Of a stretch of DNA of 64,000 nt, positions 20,360-31,814 are shown piece after piece (position 1 is the stretch's first letter; each line of letters opens with the position of its first letter). The notes beneath the pieces are model-generated. The model saw only the letters and a program-made list of their open reading frames with translations, was not told where the DNA came from and did no database searches. The position numbers were made by a program, and so were the translations under genes. Origin of the DNA: an uncultured Bacilli bacterium (GTDB taxonomy: Bacteria > Bacillota_I > Bacilli_A > RF39 > UBA660). The stretch lies in the NCBI GenBank assembly GCA_934096015.1, contig CAKOLD010000003.1:2640-66639 (forward strand). The letters are read 5' to 3'.

Positions 20360-20939
20360 TATTATTTGGGGCCTATTTATTGTAATTGGGATTATTTATG
20401 GAATATTAAGTGGTAATGTAAAAACAATAAATGATATCTTAATAAATAGTGGAAAAACTTCAATAGAAATTATTATGGAAATGATTCCTGTTTTAGTAAT
20501 TTGGATGGGATTAATGGAAATAGCAGAAAAAAGTGGCCTTTTAAATCTTATTTCTAAGAAATTATCAAATATATTGAGAATTCTTTTTCCTTCAATACCT
20601 AAAGATAATAAAGCATTAGGTTACATTGCTAGTAACGTTGCAGTGAATATGGCCGGATTAGGTTCTGCAGCAACACCTTTTGGACTAAAAGCAATGGAAG
20701 AATTACAAAAAATAAATCCTAAAAAAGATACCGCAAGTGAAGCTATGATAACATTTTTAGTACTTAACACAGGTGGCGTAACCATAATTCCAACAACAAT
20801 AATTGCTTTAAGATCATTCCATAAATCAGCAAATCCTAATGAAATAATTATTACCTGTATTTTAGCAACCTTCATATCATGTACTTGTGGATTAATTTTA
20901 GACTATATTATAAGGAGAAAAAATCATGGGAAAAATTAG
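20352..20939 (+). CDS. spmA: spore maturation protein A (nucleoside-recognition/Gate domain)
   Basis: Membrane protein with Gate-domain motifs; dacB-spmA-spmB synteny. Confidence 0.75.
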   Translation: MVNIIWGLFIVIGIIYGILSGNVKTINDILINSGKTSIEIIMEMIPVLVIWMGLMEIAEKSGLLNLISKKLSNILRILFPSIPKDNKALGYIASNVAVNMAGLGSAATPFGLKAMEELQKINPKKDTASEAMITFLVLNTGGVTIIPTTIIALRSFHKSANPNEIIITCILATFISCTCGLILDYIIRRKNHGKN

Positions 20940-21450
20940 TCTTTTTGTTTTACCCTTCCTAGTAATTGTAATTATAATTTATGGATTTAAAAAGAAAGTT
21001 GATATTTATGATACCTTTTGCATTGGAGCAATGAATGGTTTAAAAACATCATTAAAAGTATTTCCTTTCTTATGTGGAATGATATTTGCTGTTAATTTAA
21101 TTGTAGATAGTGGATTAATAAATTTTATTTTCTCTCCACTAACGAATATTCTTTCTAAAGTCAACTTACCAATTGATATTTTACCAATGGCTTTTTTAAG
21201 ACCAATATCTGGAACTGCCTCATTAGCCCTTTTAAATGACATATTAGGAAACTTTGGGCCAGATTCTTTTGTTGGTAGAGTGGCATCAACAATTCAGGGA
21301 AGTACTGATACTACTTTTTATGTAATTACTTTATATTTTGGAAGTATTGGTGTTACCAAAATAAAGTATGCTTTAAAAGTAGGATTATTTGCTGATCTAA
21401 TAGGAATAACTCTAAGTTTTATATTAGTATATTTATTTTTTGGAATATAG
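20926..21450 (+). CDS. spmB: spore maturation protein B
   Basis: Paired Gate-domain membrane protein overlapping spmA by 14 nt. Confidence 0.75.
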   Translation: MGKISLFVLPFLVIVIIIYGFKKKVDIYDTFCIGAMNGLKTSLKVFPFLCGMIFAVNLIVDSGLINFIFSPLTNILSKVNLPIDILPMAFLRPISGTASLALLNDILGNFGPDSFVGRVASTIQGSTDTTFYVITLYFGSIGVTKIKYALKVGLFADLIGITLSFILVYLFFGI

Positions 21451-21525
21451 TATTATACCTATATTTTTATTTAAAAAAATAGACTTTAAATCAAAGGTCT
21501 GCTAAAATAAAAATAGGTGATTTAA

Positions 21526-22239
21526 ATGGAACGTTTACAAAAAGTAATTGCTAATACTGGGTATACTTCAAGAAGAAAAGCAGAAGAGTTAATCAAATCA
21601 GGAAAAGTCTATGTAAATGGTGAAATTGTAACAGAACTTGGAACAAAAGTCAGTGGAAACGATGATATTGTTATTGATGGTATTCACTTATTAAAAGAAG
21701 AAAAAGAATACTATTTATTAAATAAACCAAGAAGTATAATTTCATCAGTAAAAGATGATTTAGATAGAAAAACAGTAAGAGATTTAATAAAAACTGATAA
21801 ACGAATTTATCCAATAGGTAGATTAGATTATGATACAACTGGAATAATTCTATTAACAAACGATGGAGAACTTGCTAATGTTTTAATGCATCCCAAAAGT
21901 CATGTTGAAAAAACCTATTTAGCAAAACTAAATAAATTTATGCAAAAAGAAGATTTAGAAAAACTAAAAAAAGGTGTTTTAATTGATGGAATAAAATGTT
22001 TACCAACTAAAGTAAGAATTAAAAATAATGATTTGAAAAAGGATACTTCAATGATAGAAATTACTATTACAGAAGGAAGAAACCATATTATAAAAAGACT
22101 TTTTGAATCTATAGGTTACCTAGTAGATAAATTAACTAGAACTCAATATGGTTTTTTAACGTTGGATAATTTAAAAAGTGGAGAATATAGAAAATTATCT
22201 ATCAAAGAAGTAAAAAAACTATATGAATACAAAAGATAA
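21526..22239 (+). CDS. rluB: rRNA pseudouridine synthase, RsuA/RluB family
   Basis: S4 domain N-terminus; GRLDYDTTGIILLTNDG catalytic motif. Confidence 0.8.
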   Translation: MERLQKVIANTGYTSRRKAEELIKSGKVYVNGEIVTELGTKVSGNDDIVIDGIHLLKEEKEYYLLNKPRSIISSVKDDLDRKTVRDLIKTDKRIYPIGRLDYDTTGIILLTNDGELANVLMHPKSHVEKTYLAKLNKFMQKEDLEKLKKGVLIDGIKCLPTKVRIKNNDLKKDTSMIEITITEGRNHIIKRLFESIGYLVDKLTRTQYGFLTLDNLKSGEYRKLSIKEVKKLYEYKR

Positions 22240-23425
22240 TATGAAAGTAAAAGTAGAAAAATTAGATAATTTTGGCAACGGAATAGCTCATATAGATAAC
22301 AAAGTATGTTTTATAAAATCAGCTTTACCAGACGAATTAGCTGAAATTAATATAAAAGAAGAAAAAAAGAAATATATTAATGCAGAAATAAAAGAGATTT
22401 TAACTCCTTCTAAATCTAGAATTAAATCTGAATGTCCTTATAGTAAAGCATGCGGAGGATGTTCCTTAGGACATATTAAGTATGAAGAGGCACTATTATA
22501 TAAAAAAGAAAAAGTCACAAATATTTTAAAAAGAAATCTTAACTGTAAAATAAATCCTCAAGTCATAGCATCTAACAAACAGTACTATTACAGAAATAAA
22601 ATTACTTTAAAAATTAATAATTATAAGTGGGGATATTATAATAGTGAATCTCATGATTTTGTACCAATAAAAAAATGCCTATTAGCCAAAAAAAGTATAA
22701 ACGATATAATTGAAAATCAAGAGATATTTAAAATAAAAAATGGTGAAATTGTACTAAGAACAAACGATAAAAATGAAATATTAATTAGTATAAAAACTAG
22801 TGATAATTACAATATAAATTATGATTTATTACAAGAAAATGTAGTAGGAATAGTTGTAAATAATAAAGTAATAAAAGGAAATAACTATTTTTATCACAAT
22901 ATTAATAATAGAACCTACAAGATAAGCTATGATTCCTTTTTCCAAATAAATGATTATATATGTTCTCAAATATTTGATATTTTAAATTCTCAAAACTTGG
23001 GATCAAATGTACTTGATTTATACTGTGGCGTAGGTTCACTTGGTTTAGCAATAAGTGATTCAGTAAAAAAAATATATGGTATTGAATTAATTGAAAATGC
23101 TGTAAAAGATGCCAAATTAAATGCAGAAAATAATGATATTAATAATGCTATCTATCTAGTTGGCGAAGTTGAAAAAAACTTACAAAAAATTAAAGAACAT
23201 ATTGATACCATAATTTTAGATCCTCCTAGAAAAGGACTTGCAAACATAGATGAAATAATGGATATTAATGCTGATAATATTATATATATATCGTGTGATC
23301 CAGTAACTTTAGGAAGAGACCTTGAAAAAATCTGTTTAAAATACACTATTAATGAAATATATGTATTAGATATGTTTCCAGAAACTTATCACGTAGAAAC
23401 AATTTGTATTATGAAAAGGAAATAA
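22223..23425 (+). CDS. rlmD: 23S rRNA (uracil-5)-methyltransferase, RlmD/RumA family (TRAM + Fe-S + SAM MTase)
   Basis: TRAM-like N-terminus; Cys cluster CPYSKACGGCSLGH; SAM motif DLYCGVGSL; C-terminal catalytic Cys region. Confidence 0.7.
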   Translation: MNTKDNMKVKVEKLDNFGNGIAHIDNKVCFIKSALPDELAEINIKEEKKKYINAEIKEILTPSKSRIKSECPYSKACGGCSLGHIKYEEALLYKKEKVTNILKRNLNCKINPQVIASNKQYYYRNKITLKINNYKWGYYNSESHDFVPIKKCLLAKKSINDIIENQEIFKIKNGEIVLRTNDKNEILISIKTSDNYNINYDLLQENVVGIVVNNKVIKGNNYFYHNINNRTYKISYDSFFQINDYICSQIFDILNSQNLGSNVLDLYCGVGSLGLAISDSVKKIYGIELIENAVKDAKLNAENNDINNAIYLVGEVEKNLQKIKEHIDTIILDPPRKGLANIDEIMDINADNIIYISCDPVTLGRDLEKICLKYTINEIYVLDMFPETYHVETICIMKRK

Positions 23426-23428
23426 AAT

Positions 23429-23983
23429 ATGAAAGGTAAAGTAGTAATAATAGCAGGAAATAAAAGAGCTGGAAAAACCACAATAACGCAAATTTTACAT
23501 AACGAGTATAATTATAATTATTATAATTTTGATATGCTATTAGATGCGTTGGAAGAGTCGTTTAATATATTACAAGATCACAATGATGATAAATATATTC
23601 TATTATTAAATGAAATGGTCAAAAGAAGTTTAGAAGATGCTAAAAATTATGGAGTAAGTACTGTATATGAATATATATTTACACCAAAACAATTAAATAC
23701 TTTTAAGTATAAAGAAAAAGTACAAATATATTTTTTAGCCAATTTAGATGCAAATCAAGACAATATAAGAGAAGATATGAAAAAATATTCTAAAAGTTAT
23801 GATTGGCCATCTTATGTAAGTAATGAAGATATTGAAAGAAATGTAAAAGAGATTCTTGATAAAAATGAAGTTTTAAAAGAAGAATGCAAAAAGTATAATT
23901 TTGAGTTAGTTAATACTTCTAGAGAAGAAAAGAGAGAAAAAATATTAAGTAATCTTGCAAAAAAAATTATTTTTAATAAATAA
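23429..23983 (+). CDS. P-loop NTPase / small kinase-like protein, hypothetical
   Basis: Walker A IIAGNKRAGKTT at the N-terminus. Confidence 0.4.
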   Translation: MKGKVVIIAGNKRAGKTTITQILHNEYNYNYYNFDMLLDALEESFNILQDHNDDKYILLLNEMVKRSLEDAKNYGVSTVYEYIFTPKQLNTFKYKEKVQIYFLANLDANQDNIREDMKKYSKSYDWPSYVSNEDIERNVKEILDKNEVLKEECKKYNFELVNTSREEKREKILSNLAKKIIFNK

Positions 23984-24052
23984 ATTAAGAACAGCGAATA
24001 GACAGAAAAACTTATTATATTCTAAAAAAAGTGTAAAAGGTGAGAAAGTATT

Positions 24053-24508
24053 ATGAAAATTGAATATAAAAAATTAGAAAATGAGGAATATGTTAATCAA
24101 TGTGATTTTTTGTTAACAAAGCTTATACAAAGTGAAAAAATTTGGAATGACAATATAAATGAATATTTTTTAGTTAAAGATTACTTTATTAATATATACA
24201 AAAATAAAAATAACATTATATATTTTGCTCAAGATCAAGAAAAAGTGATAGGTTATGTGTATGCGAAAATAAATTGGGATAATTCTTCGAAAGAAAGAGA
24301 AGCTTTGTTAGATAGTATCTACGTTTTACCAGAATATAGAAACAACGATGTTGGAAAAAACTTGATAGGTCTAATTGAAAAAGAACTTAAATCAAAAAAT
24401 ATAAAATATTTAAATTTAAATGTTATAAAAGACAATATTGGAGCTAGAAACTTTTATAAACAACTTAAATTTCAAGAGTATGGAATAATATTAAGAAAAA
24501 ATATATAA
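24053..24508 (+). CDS. GNAT family N-acetyltransferase
   Basis: Acetyl-CoA binding motif region (SIYVLPEYRNNDVGKNLI). Confidence 0.7.
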   Translation: MKIEYKKLENEEYVNQCDFLLTKLIQSEKIWNDNINEYFLVKDYFINIYKNKNNIIYFAQDQEKVIGYVYAKINWDNSSKEREALLDSIYVLPEYRNNDVGKNLIGLIEKELKSKNIKYLNLNVIKDNIGARNFYKQLKFQEYGIILRKNI

Positions 24509-24540
24509 GGTATGATTATATAAAATAGAAAGGAATATTT

Positions 24541-26745
24541 ATGATAACACTAAAAAAAGTTTCTAAATTCTACTATAGTAAAGGAGTAATTGCTAGTGGG
24601 TTTAGTAAAATTAATCTTGAATTTAACTTAGGAGAATTTGTAGCAATCACTGGAGAATCTGGAAGTGGGAAATCCACATTATTAAATGTAATAAGTGGCT
24701 TGGATACTTATGAAGAAGGAGAAATGTATATTAATGGCAACGAAACAAGCCATTATACGGAAAAAGATTTTGAAGATTACAGGCGTAAATATATAGGTAA
24801 TATATTTCAGAATTTTAATTTAGTTAATAGCTATACTGTTTATCAAAATGTAGAATTAGTTTTATTATTAAATGGTGCTAAGAAAAAAAATATAAAAAAT
24901 AAAGTTTTAACTTTGATAAAAAAAGTTGGATTATATAAATTTAGAAATACTAAAGTCTCTAAACTTTCAGGAGGACAAAAACAAAGAGTAGCAATTGCTA
25001 GAGCTTTAGCCAAAGAGACACCAATAATAATTGCTGATGAACCTACTGGTAATTTAGATTCAAAAGCTAGTGAAGAAATTATAAAATTACTAAGTGAAGT
25101 TGCCAAAGATAAATTAGTAATTATAGTGACTCATAACTATGAACAAGTTGAAAAATATATTACAAGAAAAATAAAAATGCACGATGGTAAGGTACTAGAA
25201 GATAAAAAAATAAAAGAAATAAAGGAAGAAAAGAAACCAAAAAATTTAACATATCAAAATATAACTAACTTAAACAAAATAAGATTAGCAGTAAGAAATA
25301 CCTTTAATATAATTCCAAAATTTTTACTATTATTTTTTATTTATTTGTTTATTACTGTAGCAATTATAGGAGAATATGCATTTTTTAAAGACCAAGAATA
25401 TGTAGCCGAAAAATTTGGCTCTAATTATATTTTTAATAACACAAGTGATAAAAGAATAATCATAAAAAAATTAGATAAAACTAGTTTTACTGATGAAGAC
25501 TATAATAAAATAATGGCAATGGAAAATGTTGACTACGTAATTAAAAATGATTTGCTAGTTGATAATTCAATCAATTTAACAAACAATGAAACTCTATGGT
25601 TAGATGGAATTAGTGAAAATATTGAAAATTTTAGAGGAAAAATTGATGTTGGAAGAATGCCAGAAAACGATAATGAAATTATAATTGAGGAAGATAATTA
25701 CTTAAAAAATTTAGAAGAAGAAATTTTAAATAAAAAACTTTATTTACAAAATGTATATAATGGAAAAATTAATGAAGAAGATGCTTTAACGATCGTAGGA
25801 ATCAAATATATTGAAAATACTGGAAATTTTAATAATAAAATTTACTTAAGTAATACTATATTAGATAAAATTTCATTTCAAATTAACCAAGAATCAAGTA
25901 ATCTAACATTCCATTTTATGGATAAATATTACAATCTTTATGATAATAATTTACAAATAAGTCCAAGTGATAAAGTTTCTACAGGAAAAGCTTATATTAG
26001 TTATGACCTAAGTTATTTATGTCCATATCAAAATTGTATAAATAAAATAATGGGTATTAAAGTAGAAAACTTGTATTACACCGAAAATTTAGAATTATCT
26101 GTTGATAAAATGTATACTAAATATACTTACAAAAATTTATTAGAATTAAACAATTATGACTCAGCAAATGGAACAGTATTTATTAACACAATAGACTACA
26201 ATAATTTATTTAATAAAAATAGTTATCAAAGTAGTGTATTTATAAAGGATGCTAAAAAATTAGATGAAACAGTAGAAAAGTTAAATAAATCCGGAATTAA
26301 AACACTTGCAATAAAAAATACACTTGTGCAAGATGGAAGTGCGGAAATTATTAAAATTCTTAGAGCAATTGTAACTGCAATTCTTGTAATAGCCTTATTC
26401 TTTATATCATACTTTGTAATTAGTATTATTTTAAAATCTCGAAATGTTTATTTTTCAACTATAAGAATGCTAGGAGCAACAAAAAAAATATGTAAGCAAT
26501 TGCTAATTATTGAACTGTTAACAATAAGTAATTTATCATACTTTTTATACTTAATAGCATTATTGCTAAACCACGAGAAAGTATTTAATTTAAAATTTTT
26601 AGACACAGCAACTAACTATTTAACCATAAGAGATTTTATTATATTATATTTAATACTAACTGTAATGTCATATTTAATTAGCCAAAAATTTGCTAAAAAA
26701 CTCTTCAAAAAAAGTGCAATTAGTTCAATGAAGGAGGAAGTATAA
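24541..26745 (+). CDS. fused ABC transporter ATP-binding + FtsX-like permease protein (MacB-type)
   Basis: Walker A GESGSGKST, signature LSGGQKQR, Walker [12 protein letters not shown]. Then a large extracytoplasmic region and a C-terminal FtsX 4-TM domain. Confidence 0.7.
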   Translation: MITLKKVSKFYYSKGVIASGFSKINLEFNLGEFVAITGESGSGKSTLLNVISGLDTYEEGEMYINGNETSHYTEKDFEDYRRKYIGNIFQNFNLVNSYTVYQNVELVLLLNGAKKKNIKNKVLTLIKKVGLYKFRNTKVSKLSGGQKQRVAIARALAKETPIIIADEPTGNLDSKASEEIIKLLSEVAKDKLVIIVTHNYEQVEKYITRKIKMHDGKVLEDKKIKEIKEEKKPKNLTYQNITNLNKIRLAVRNTFNIIPKFLLLFFIYLFITVAIIGEYAFFKDQEYVAEKFGSNYIFNNTSDKRIIIKKLDKTSFTDEDYNKIMAMENVDYVIKNDLLVDNSINLTNNETLWLDGISENIENFRGKIDVGRMPENDNEIIIEEDNYLKNLEEEILNKKLYLQNVYNGKINEEDALTIVGIKYIENTGNFNNKIYLSNTILDKISFQINQESSNLTFHFMDKYYNLYDNNLQISPSDKVSTGKAYISYDLSYLCPYQNCINKIMGIKVENLYYTENLELSVDKMYTKYTYKNLLELNNYDSANGTVFINTIDYNNLFNKNSYQSSVFIKDAKKLDETVEKLNKSGIKTLAIKNTLVQDGSAEIIKILRAIVTAILVIALFFISYFVISIILKSRNVYFSTIRMLGATKKICKQLLIIELLTISNLSYFLYLIALLLNHEKVFNLKFLDTATNYLTIRDFIILYLILTVMSYLISQKFAKKLFKKSAISSMKEEV

Positions 26746-29166
26746 ATGATTACTTTAAATAATGTTAACAAATACTTTAATAAAAATAGAAAAAATCAAA
26801 TACATGTAATTAATAATACTTCTTTAGAGTTTCAGGACACAGGACTTGTTGCTTTACTAGGACCATCTGGATGTGGTAAAACTACACTACTAAATGCAAT
26901 AGGTGGATTAGATAAGATAAAAAAGGGAAGTATTTACATTAATGATAAAAAAATAAGTTCAAGATTTGCTTACAAAGTTGATAAAATTCGTAATCTAAAT
27001 GTAGGTTATATTTTTCAAGATTATAAACTTATAGATAATATCAGTGTTTATGACAATGTAGCACTAGTTTTAAAAATGTTAGGAATAAAAGATAAGCAAG
27101 AAATAAAAAATAGAGTAGAATACGTTTTAGATAGAGTGGGAATGTTAAGGTATAAGTATAGACCTGCTGGAATGCTATCTGGAGGCGAAAGACAAAGAGT
27201 AGGAATAGCTCGCGCTATCGTTAAAGATCCTGAAATCATTTTAGCCGATGAACCAACAGGGAATTTAGACAGTAAAAATTCTTTGGAAGTAATGAATATA
27301 ATAAAAGCAATTTCTAAAGAAAAACTTATAATTTTAGTTACCCATGAAGAAGCTCTTGCCAAATTTTATGCAAGCAGAATTATTGAAATTCAAGATGGTA
27401 AAGTTATAAAAGATTATGAAAATGACCACGTAGATGATTTAGATTATGCCATTGATAATCGCTTTTATTTGAAAGATTTTGAAAACTTTAAAACGATAAA
27501 AGACGATAATGTAAATATAGAAATATATAGTGATAAAAAAGAAAAACTAAAATTAGATATTGTTTTAAAAAATGGTAATATTTATATAAATAGCAAAACT
27601 AATGAAGCCATTCAAGTAGTAGACGAAAACTCTAGCATAGAGTTTGTAAATGAGCACTATAAAAAAATTCATAAAAACGATATTGATAAATATACTTTTG
27701 ATTTTGATAAAATAATCGATAAAAATATTAAGAAGAGATATTCATCTATTCTAAATCCTTTAACGCTTATTATAAAAGGCTTTAAAAGAGTTTTTGATTA
27801 TCCAATATTAAAAAAAATATTGTTAATTGGTTTTTTCGTTTCAGCAATTTTTATAATGTACTCTGTTAGTACCACATCAGCGACCTTTAATATTAAAGAT
27901 GAAGATTTTGTAGTATACAATAAAAATTATTTATTAGTAAACACAAAAAAGATAAAAATAGATAATTATATATCATACGAACAAAATGCCAACATTCTTT
28001 ATATGATACCAACAAATTCTTTAGTTAATTTTAAATTAAGATTTAAAGAATACTATCAAACTAAAGATCTTCAAATTTCTATTGCTGGATCATTAACAGA
28101 TATTAATACTCTAGAAAAAAATACCCTAATTTTAGGAAGAATGCCAGAAAATGATAAAGAAATAGTAGTAGATAAACAGTTACTAAAAAGATATTTATCT
28201 AAAGAAGAAAAATTTCAGATGATAGGAATCACTAAAGACGAAGATTTTTTAGAAAGAGAATTAACAATTACTAATGTTGACAATTTTAAAATAGTGGGGA
28301 TTTCAGACACAAATAGTCCATCAATATATGCTGCAAAAAATATGTTTGTAAATATACTTGCTAATCAAACAAATGACAACTATATTGAAGAAAGTAACAA
28401 TCAATTATTAGACTATAACTTAGTGCAAGATAAAATCACTTTAAAAGAAGGCCGATTACCAGAAAACGATTATGAGACAATTGTAAATATAACTAATAAA
28501 GATTTAATGCCACTTAATAAAACTATTAATCAAAAAATTAATGATAAAAAATTAACCGTTGTTGGATATTATACAAGTGAATATGATTATAGCTTCTTTT
28601 TAGTAAATAATAATACTATAAAATATAAATTAATAACTGAAAGTTCAGATTTTATGGTATATCCTAAAGATAGAGAAAAAGCTTTAAATGACTTTCAAAA
28701 TTTAAATTTAAACATTAAAGATTCTTATGAAAGTAGCAAAGTAGATTATAAAAAAACAATACATGATAATGTTAAAAGTACACTAATTGTGTCAGGTATT
28801 ATTTTACTTATTTCATTAGTTGAAATCTTTTTGATGATTAGATCATCATTCTTATCAAGAATAAAAGAAATAGGAATATATAGGGCAATAGGTGTTAAGA
28901 AAAAGGATATTTACAAAATGTTTTTTGGAGAAATATTTGCTATTACAACTTTAGCAAGTATTCCAGGATTAGTACTAATGGCATACATATTGTATAATAT
29001 TTCAAAAATAAAATATTTCTCCCCATTATTTTTAATAAATATTCCGATAGTGCTTGTATCAATAATTTTTGTGTATTTATTTAATTTACTTATCGGATTA
29101 CTTCCAGTTCATAGAGTCGTCAAAAAAAGACCAGCCGAAATTTTATCAAGGCATGATCTTGATTAA
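26746..29166 (+). CDS. fused ABC transporter ATP-binding + FtsX-like permease protein (MacB-type), second copy
   Basis: Walker [10 protein letters not shown], signature LSGGERQR, Walker [12 protein letters not shown]. Long extracellular region and a C-terminal FtsX domain. Confidence 0.7.
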   Translation: MITLNNVNKYFNKNRKNQIHVINNTSLEFQDTGLVALLGPSGCGKTTLLNAIGGLDKIKKGSIYINDKKISSRFAYKVDKIRNLNVGYIFQDYKLIDNISVYDNVALVLKMLGIKDKQEIKNRVEYVLDRVGMLRYKYRPAGMLSGGERQRVGIARAIVKDPEIILADEPTGNLDSKNSLEVMNIIKAISKEKLIILVTHEEALAKFYASRIIEIQDGKVIKDYENDHVDDLDYAIDNRFYLKDFENFKTIKDDNVNIEIYSDKKEKLKLDIVLKNGNIYINSKTNEAIQVVDENSSIEFVNEHYKKIHKNDIDKYTFDFDKIIDKNIKKRYSSILNPLTLIIKGFKRVFDYPILKKILLIGFFVSAIFIMYSVSTTSATFNIKDEDFVVYNKNYLLVNTKKIKIDNYISYEQNANILYMIPTNSLVNFKLRFKEYYQTKDLQISIAGSLTDINTLEKNTLILGRMPENDKEIVVDKQLLKRYLSKEEKFQMIGITKDEDFLERELTITNVDNFKIVGISDTNSPSIYAAKNMFVNILANQTNDNYIEESNNQLLDYNLVQDKITLKEGRLPENDYETIVNITNKDLMPLNKTINQKINDKKLTVVGYYTSEYDYSFFLVNNNTIKYKLITESSDFMVYPKDREKALNDFQNLNLNIKDSYESSKVDYKKTIHDNVKSTLIVSGIILLISLVEIFLMIRSSFLSRIKEIGIYRAIGVKKKDIYKMFFGEIFAITTLASIPGLVLMAYILYNISKIKYFSPLFLINIPIVLVSIIFVYLFNLLIGLLPVHRVVKKRPAEILSRHDLD

Positions 29167-29191
29167 CTTTAGATATATTTCTAAAGTTTTT

Positions 29192-29980
29192 TTATCCTAA
29201 ACTTACATCCAAAATCATCATAATTGAAAAACCAACTAATGTTAATAACGCAATTAAACCTTTATTTTTATTTAATTGGCTTTCTGGTATAATTTCTTCT
29301 ATGACAACGTATAACATTGCACCAGCAGCTATTGAAAGCAGGTAAGGCAATACGATTTTCATTTTTAGTACCATTAAAGCTCCAATAAATGCTGCAATTG
29401 GTTCAACTGCACCTGAAAGAGCTCCAATTATAAAAGCTTTAAATCTTGAGACACCTTCACGCCTTAAAGGAAGTGAAATAGCAGCTCCTTCTGGAAAATT
29501 TTGAATTCCTATTCCAATTGCTAATGTAATTGCACTTAAAATTGTTGCACCACTAAGATTATAACCAACTGACCCAAAAGCAACTCCAACTGCCATCCCT
29601 TCTGGTATATTATGAATTATGATAGAAAAAATTAAAAGAGATATTCTTTTTTTGGCAACTAGTTCCTTTTTCATTTTAAATTCAAATAATTTATCACAAA
29701 TAAATAGGAAAATAGCCCCTAACAAAAAACCAGAAGTAACTACTATAATAGAATTCATATTTAAATTATCGGCCATTGAAAAAGCCGGATTTAAAAGAGA
29801 AAAGAAGCTAGCAGCAATCATAACACCAGCTGAAATCCCTAAAAAAGCGTCCATAACATCAGCATTACTTTTCTTAAATAAAAATACACTTGCTGAACCA
29901 AGACTTGTTACTAAAAAAGTAAATATACAAGCAATAAAAGCTTGCTCTTGGGCACTTAAACTATAAAAAAAATCAATCAT
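29192..29980 (-). CDS. ZIP family metal (zinc) transporter
   Basis: Eight TM helices; IHNIPEGMAVG and NFPEGAAISLPL ZIP signatures. Confidence 0.8.
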   Translation of the reverse strand: MIDFFYSLSAQEQAFIACIFTFLVTSLGSASVFLFKKSNADVMDAFLGISAGVMIAASFFSLLNPAFSMADNLNMNSIIVVTSGFLLGAIFLFICDKLFEFKMKKELVAKKRISLLIFSIIIHNIPEGMAVGVAFGSVGYNLSGATILSAITLAIGIGIQNFPEGAAISLPLRREGVSRFKAFIIGALSGAVEPIAAFIGALMVLKMKIVLPYLLSIAAGAMLYVVIEEIIPESQLNKNKGLIALLTLVGFSIMMILDVSLG

Positions 29981-30023
29981 ACAATATCCTCCAAAATATT
30001 AAATGATTGATTTTTTAATATGG

Positions 30024-31694
30024 TTACATGTTATTAACTTCCATTATAACTGGTAAAATAATTGGCCTTCTTCCTGTTATTTCACTAATAAAAGGATTTA
30101 ATTCTAAGATAATTTGATTTTTTAAATCAATATAATTATAACTTTTTAGTAAACATTTTTTTACTATTTCAGAAACTTTCTTTTCTATTTCATGGATTAA
30201 TTCACCATTTTCATTAACCATAATAAAGCCTCTAGTAGTAATATTAGGTTTAATTAATAATTCTCTAGTGATAGGGTTAACATTAATAATAGTAACTAAA
30301 ATTCCATCTTTACTCATTAAATTTCTTTCTTTAATAACAACAGATCCTACATCTCCAATTCTAGAGCCATCAACATAAATGTCTCCAGCCTGAATTCTTT
30401 TACCAATTTTAACACCATTATCACTAAGCTCTAATGTTTGACCATTTTCCAAAATAAATATATTTTCTGGTTTAATATCAACAGATTGAGCAATATCTCC
30501 ATGTTGTTTTAACATTCTATATTCTCCATGCATAGGCATAAAGTATTCTGGTTTAATAATTCTAAGCATCCATCTAAGTTCATCAGCCTTAGCATGACCA
30601 GATGTATGAATATCACTCAACTCGGTATTTGTATATACACGAACACCTTTTAAATATAATTTATTAATTATTCTATTAATGCTCGCACGATTACCTGGAA
30701 TAGGACTTGAAGAAAAAACAACAACATCATCTGGTATAAGTTGAATTTGTTTGTGAGTACCATTTGCAATTCTTGAAAGCGCTGCTAAAGGTTCACCTTG
30801 ACTTCCAGTACATAAAATACAAATTTGATTTTTCTTTAAACTTTTTGCTTCATTTGGTTCTATAAATATTGATTTATCAGAAATTAAATTATTTTTTAAA
30901 GCTATTTCTTTAGCATTTTCCATGCTTCTTCCAAAAGTAATAATTTTTCTATTATTTTTTCTACAAGTTTCTATTATATGTTTAATTCTGTAAATGTTAG
31001 ATGCAAACGTAGCAAGAATGATACGAGAATTTGTTCTTGCAAATATGTCACTTAACGCCTCATCAACAGAACTTTCACTTTTAGAATATCCTTCACTTAA
31101 AGCATTAGTACTATCACTTAGTAATAATTTAACGCCTTTTTCACCCAATCTAGCCATTTTATGAATATCAGCCATTGGTCCAATAGGAGTCAAATCAAAT
31201 TTGAAATCTCCTGTAGAAACAATTACACCATGTGGTGTATGAACAACAATACCATAACTATCAGGAATTGAGTGAGTTGTTTGAATGAATTCTACACTCA
31301 TATTTTGAAATTTAACATAAGAATCTTTATTAATAATTTTCATATTATCATACTTAATATTCTTATCTTCTAACTTTTTATAGATTAGATCAGCTGCAAT
31401 CTGTGGAGCATAAATATTAGGAAGAGAAATACTTTGTAATAAAAAAGTAATTCCTCCAATATGATCTTCATGTCCATGAGTAATAAATAAACCTTTAATT
31501 TTAGACTCATTTTGCTTTAAATAACTAATATCTTGGATTACATAATCTACACCAAGTAAATCATCCTCTGGAAACATTACCCCAGCATCAATAATTATTA
31601 TTTCATTTTTATGTTCAATACAATACATGTTTTTTCCAACTTCGCCCAATCCACCTAAAGCGTAAACGGACGTAATTGTCTCATTATTTTTCAT
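30024..31694 (-). CDS. rnj: ribonuclease J (metallo-beta-lactamase/beta-CASP)
   Basis: ITHGHEDHIGG motif and beta-CASP region. Start trimmed to MKNNETITSVYALGG, which has GGAGG 6 nt upstream; the track ORF extends to 31760. Confidence 0.85.
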   Translation of the reverse strand: MKNNETITSVYALGGLGEVGKNMYCIEHKNEIIIIDAGVMFPEDDLLGVDYVIQDISYLKQNESKIKGLFITHGHEDHIGGITFLLQSISLPNIYAPQIAADLIYKKLEDKNIKYDNMKIINKDSYVKFQNMSVEFIQTTHSIPDSYGIVVHTPHGVIVSTGDFKFDLTPIGPMADIHKMARLGEKGVKLLLSDSTNALSEGYSKSESSVDEALSDIFARTNSRIILATFASNIYRIKHIIETCRKNNRKIITFGRSMENAKEIALKNNLISDKSIFIEPNEAKSLKKNQICILCTGSQGEPLAALSRIANGTHKQIQLIPDDVVVFSSSPIPGNRASINRIINKLYLKGVRVYTNTELSDIHTSGHAKADELRWMLRIIKPEYFMPMHGEYRMLKQHGDIAQSVDIKPENIFILENGQTLELSDNGVKIGKRIQAGDIYVDGSRIGDVGSVVIKERNLMSKDGILVTIINVNPITRELLIKPNITTRGFIMVNENGELIHEIEKKVSEIVKKCLLKSYNYIDLKNQIILELNPFISEITGRRPIILPVIMEVNNM

Positions 31695-31814
31695 AAAATT
31701 CCTCCTTAATAATAAAAAAACAAGTTCTTCGCTAAAAAAATTATACAATATATTGAACAAAAAGTAAAGGATAGCGCATATCTATATGCTACATAAACAT
31801 TAGGAGGAGATAAA

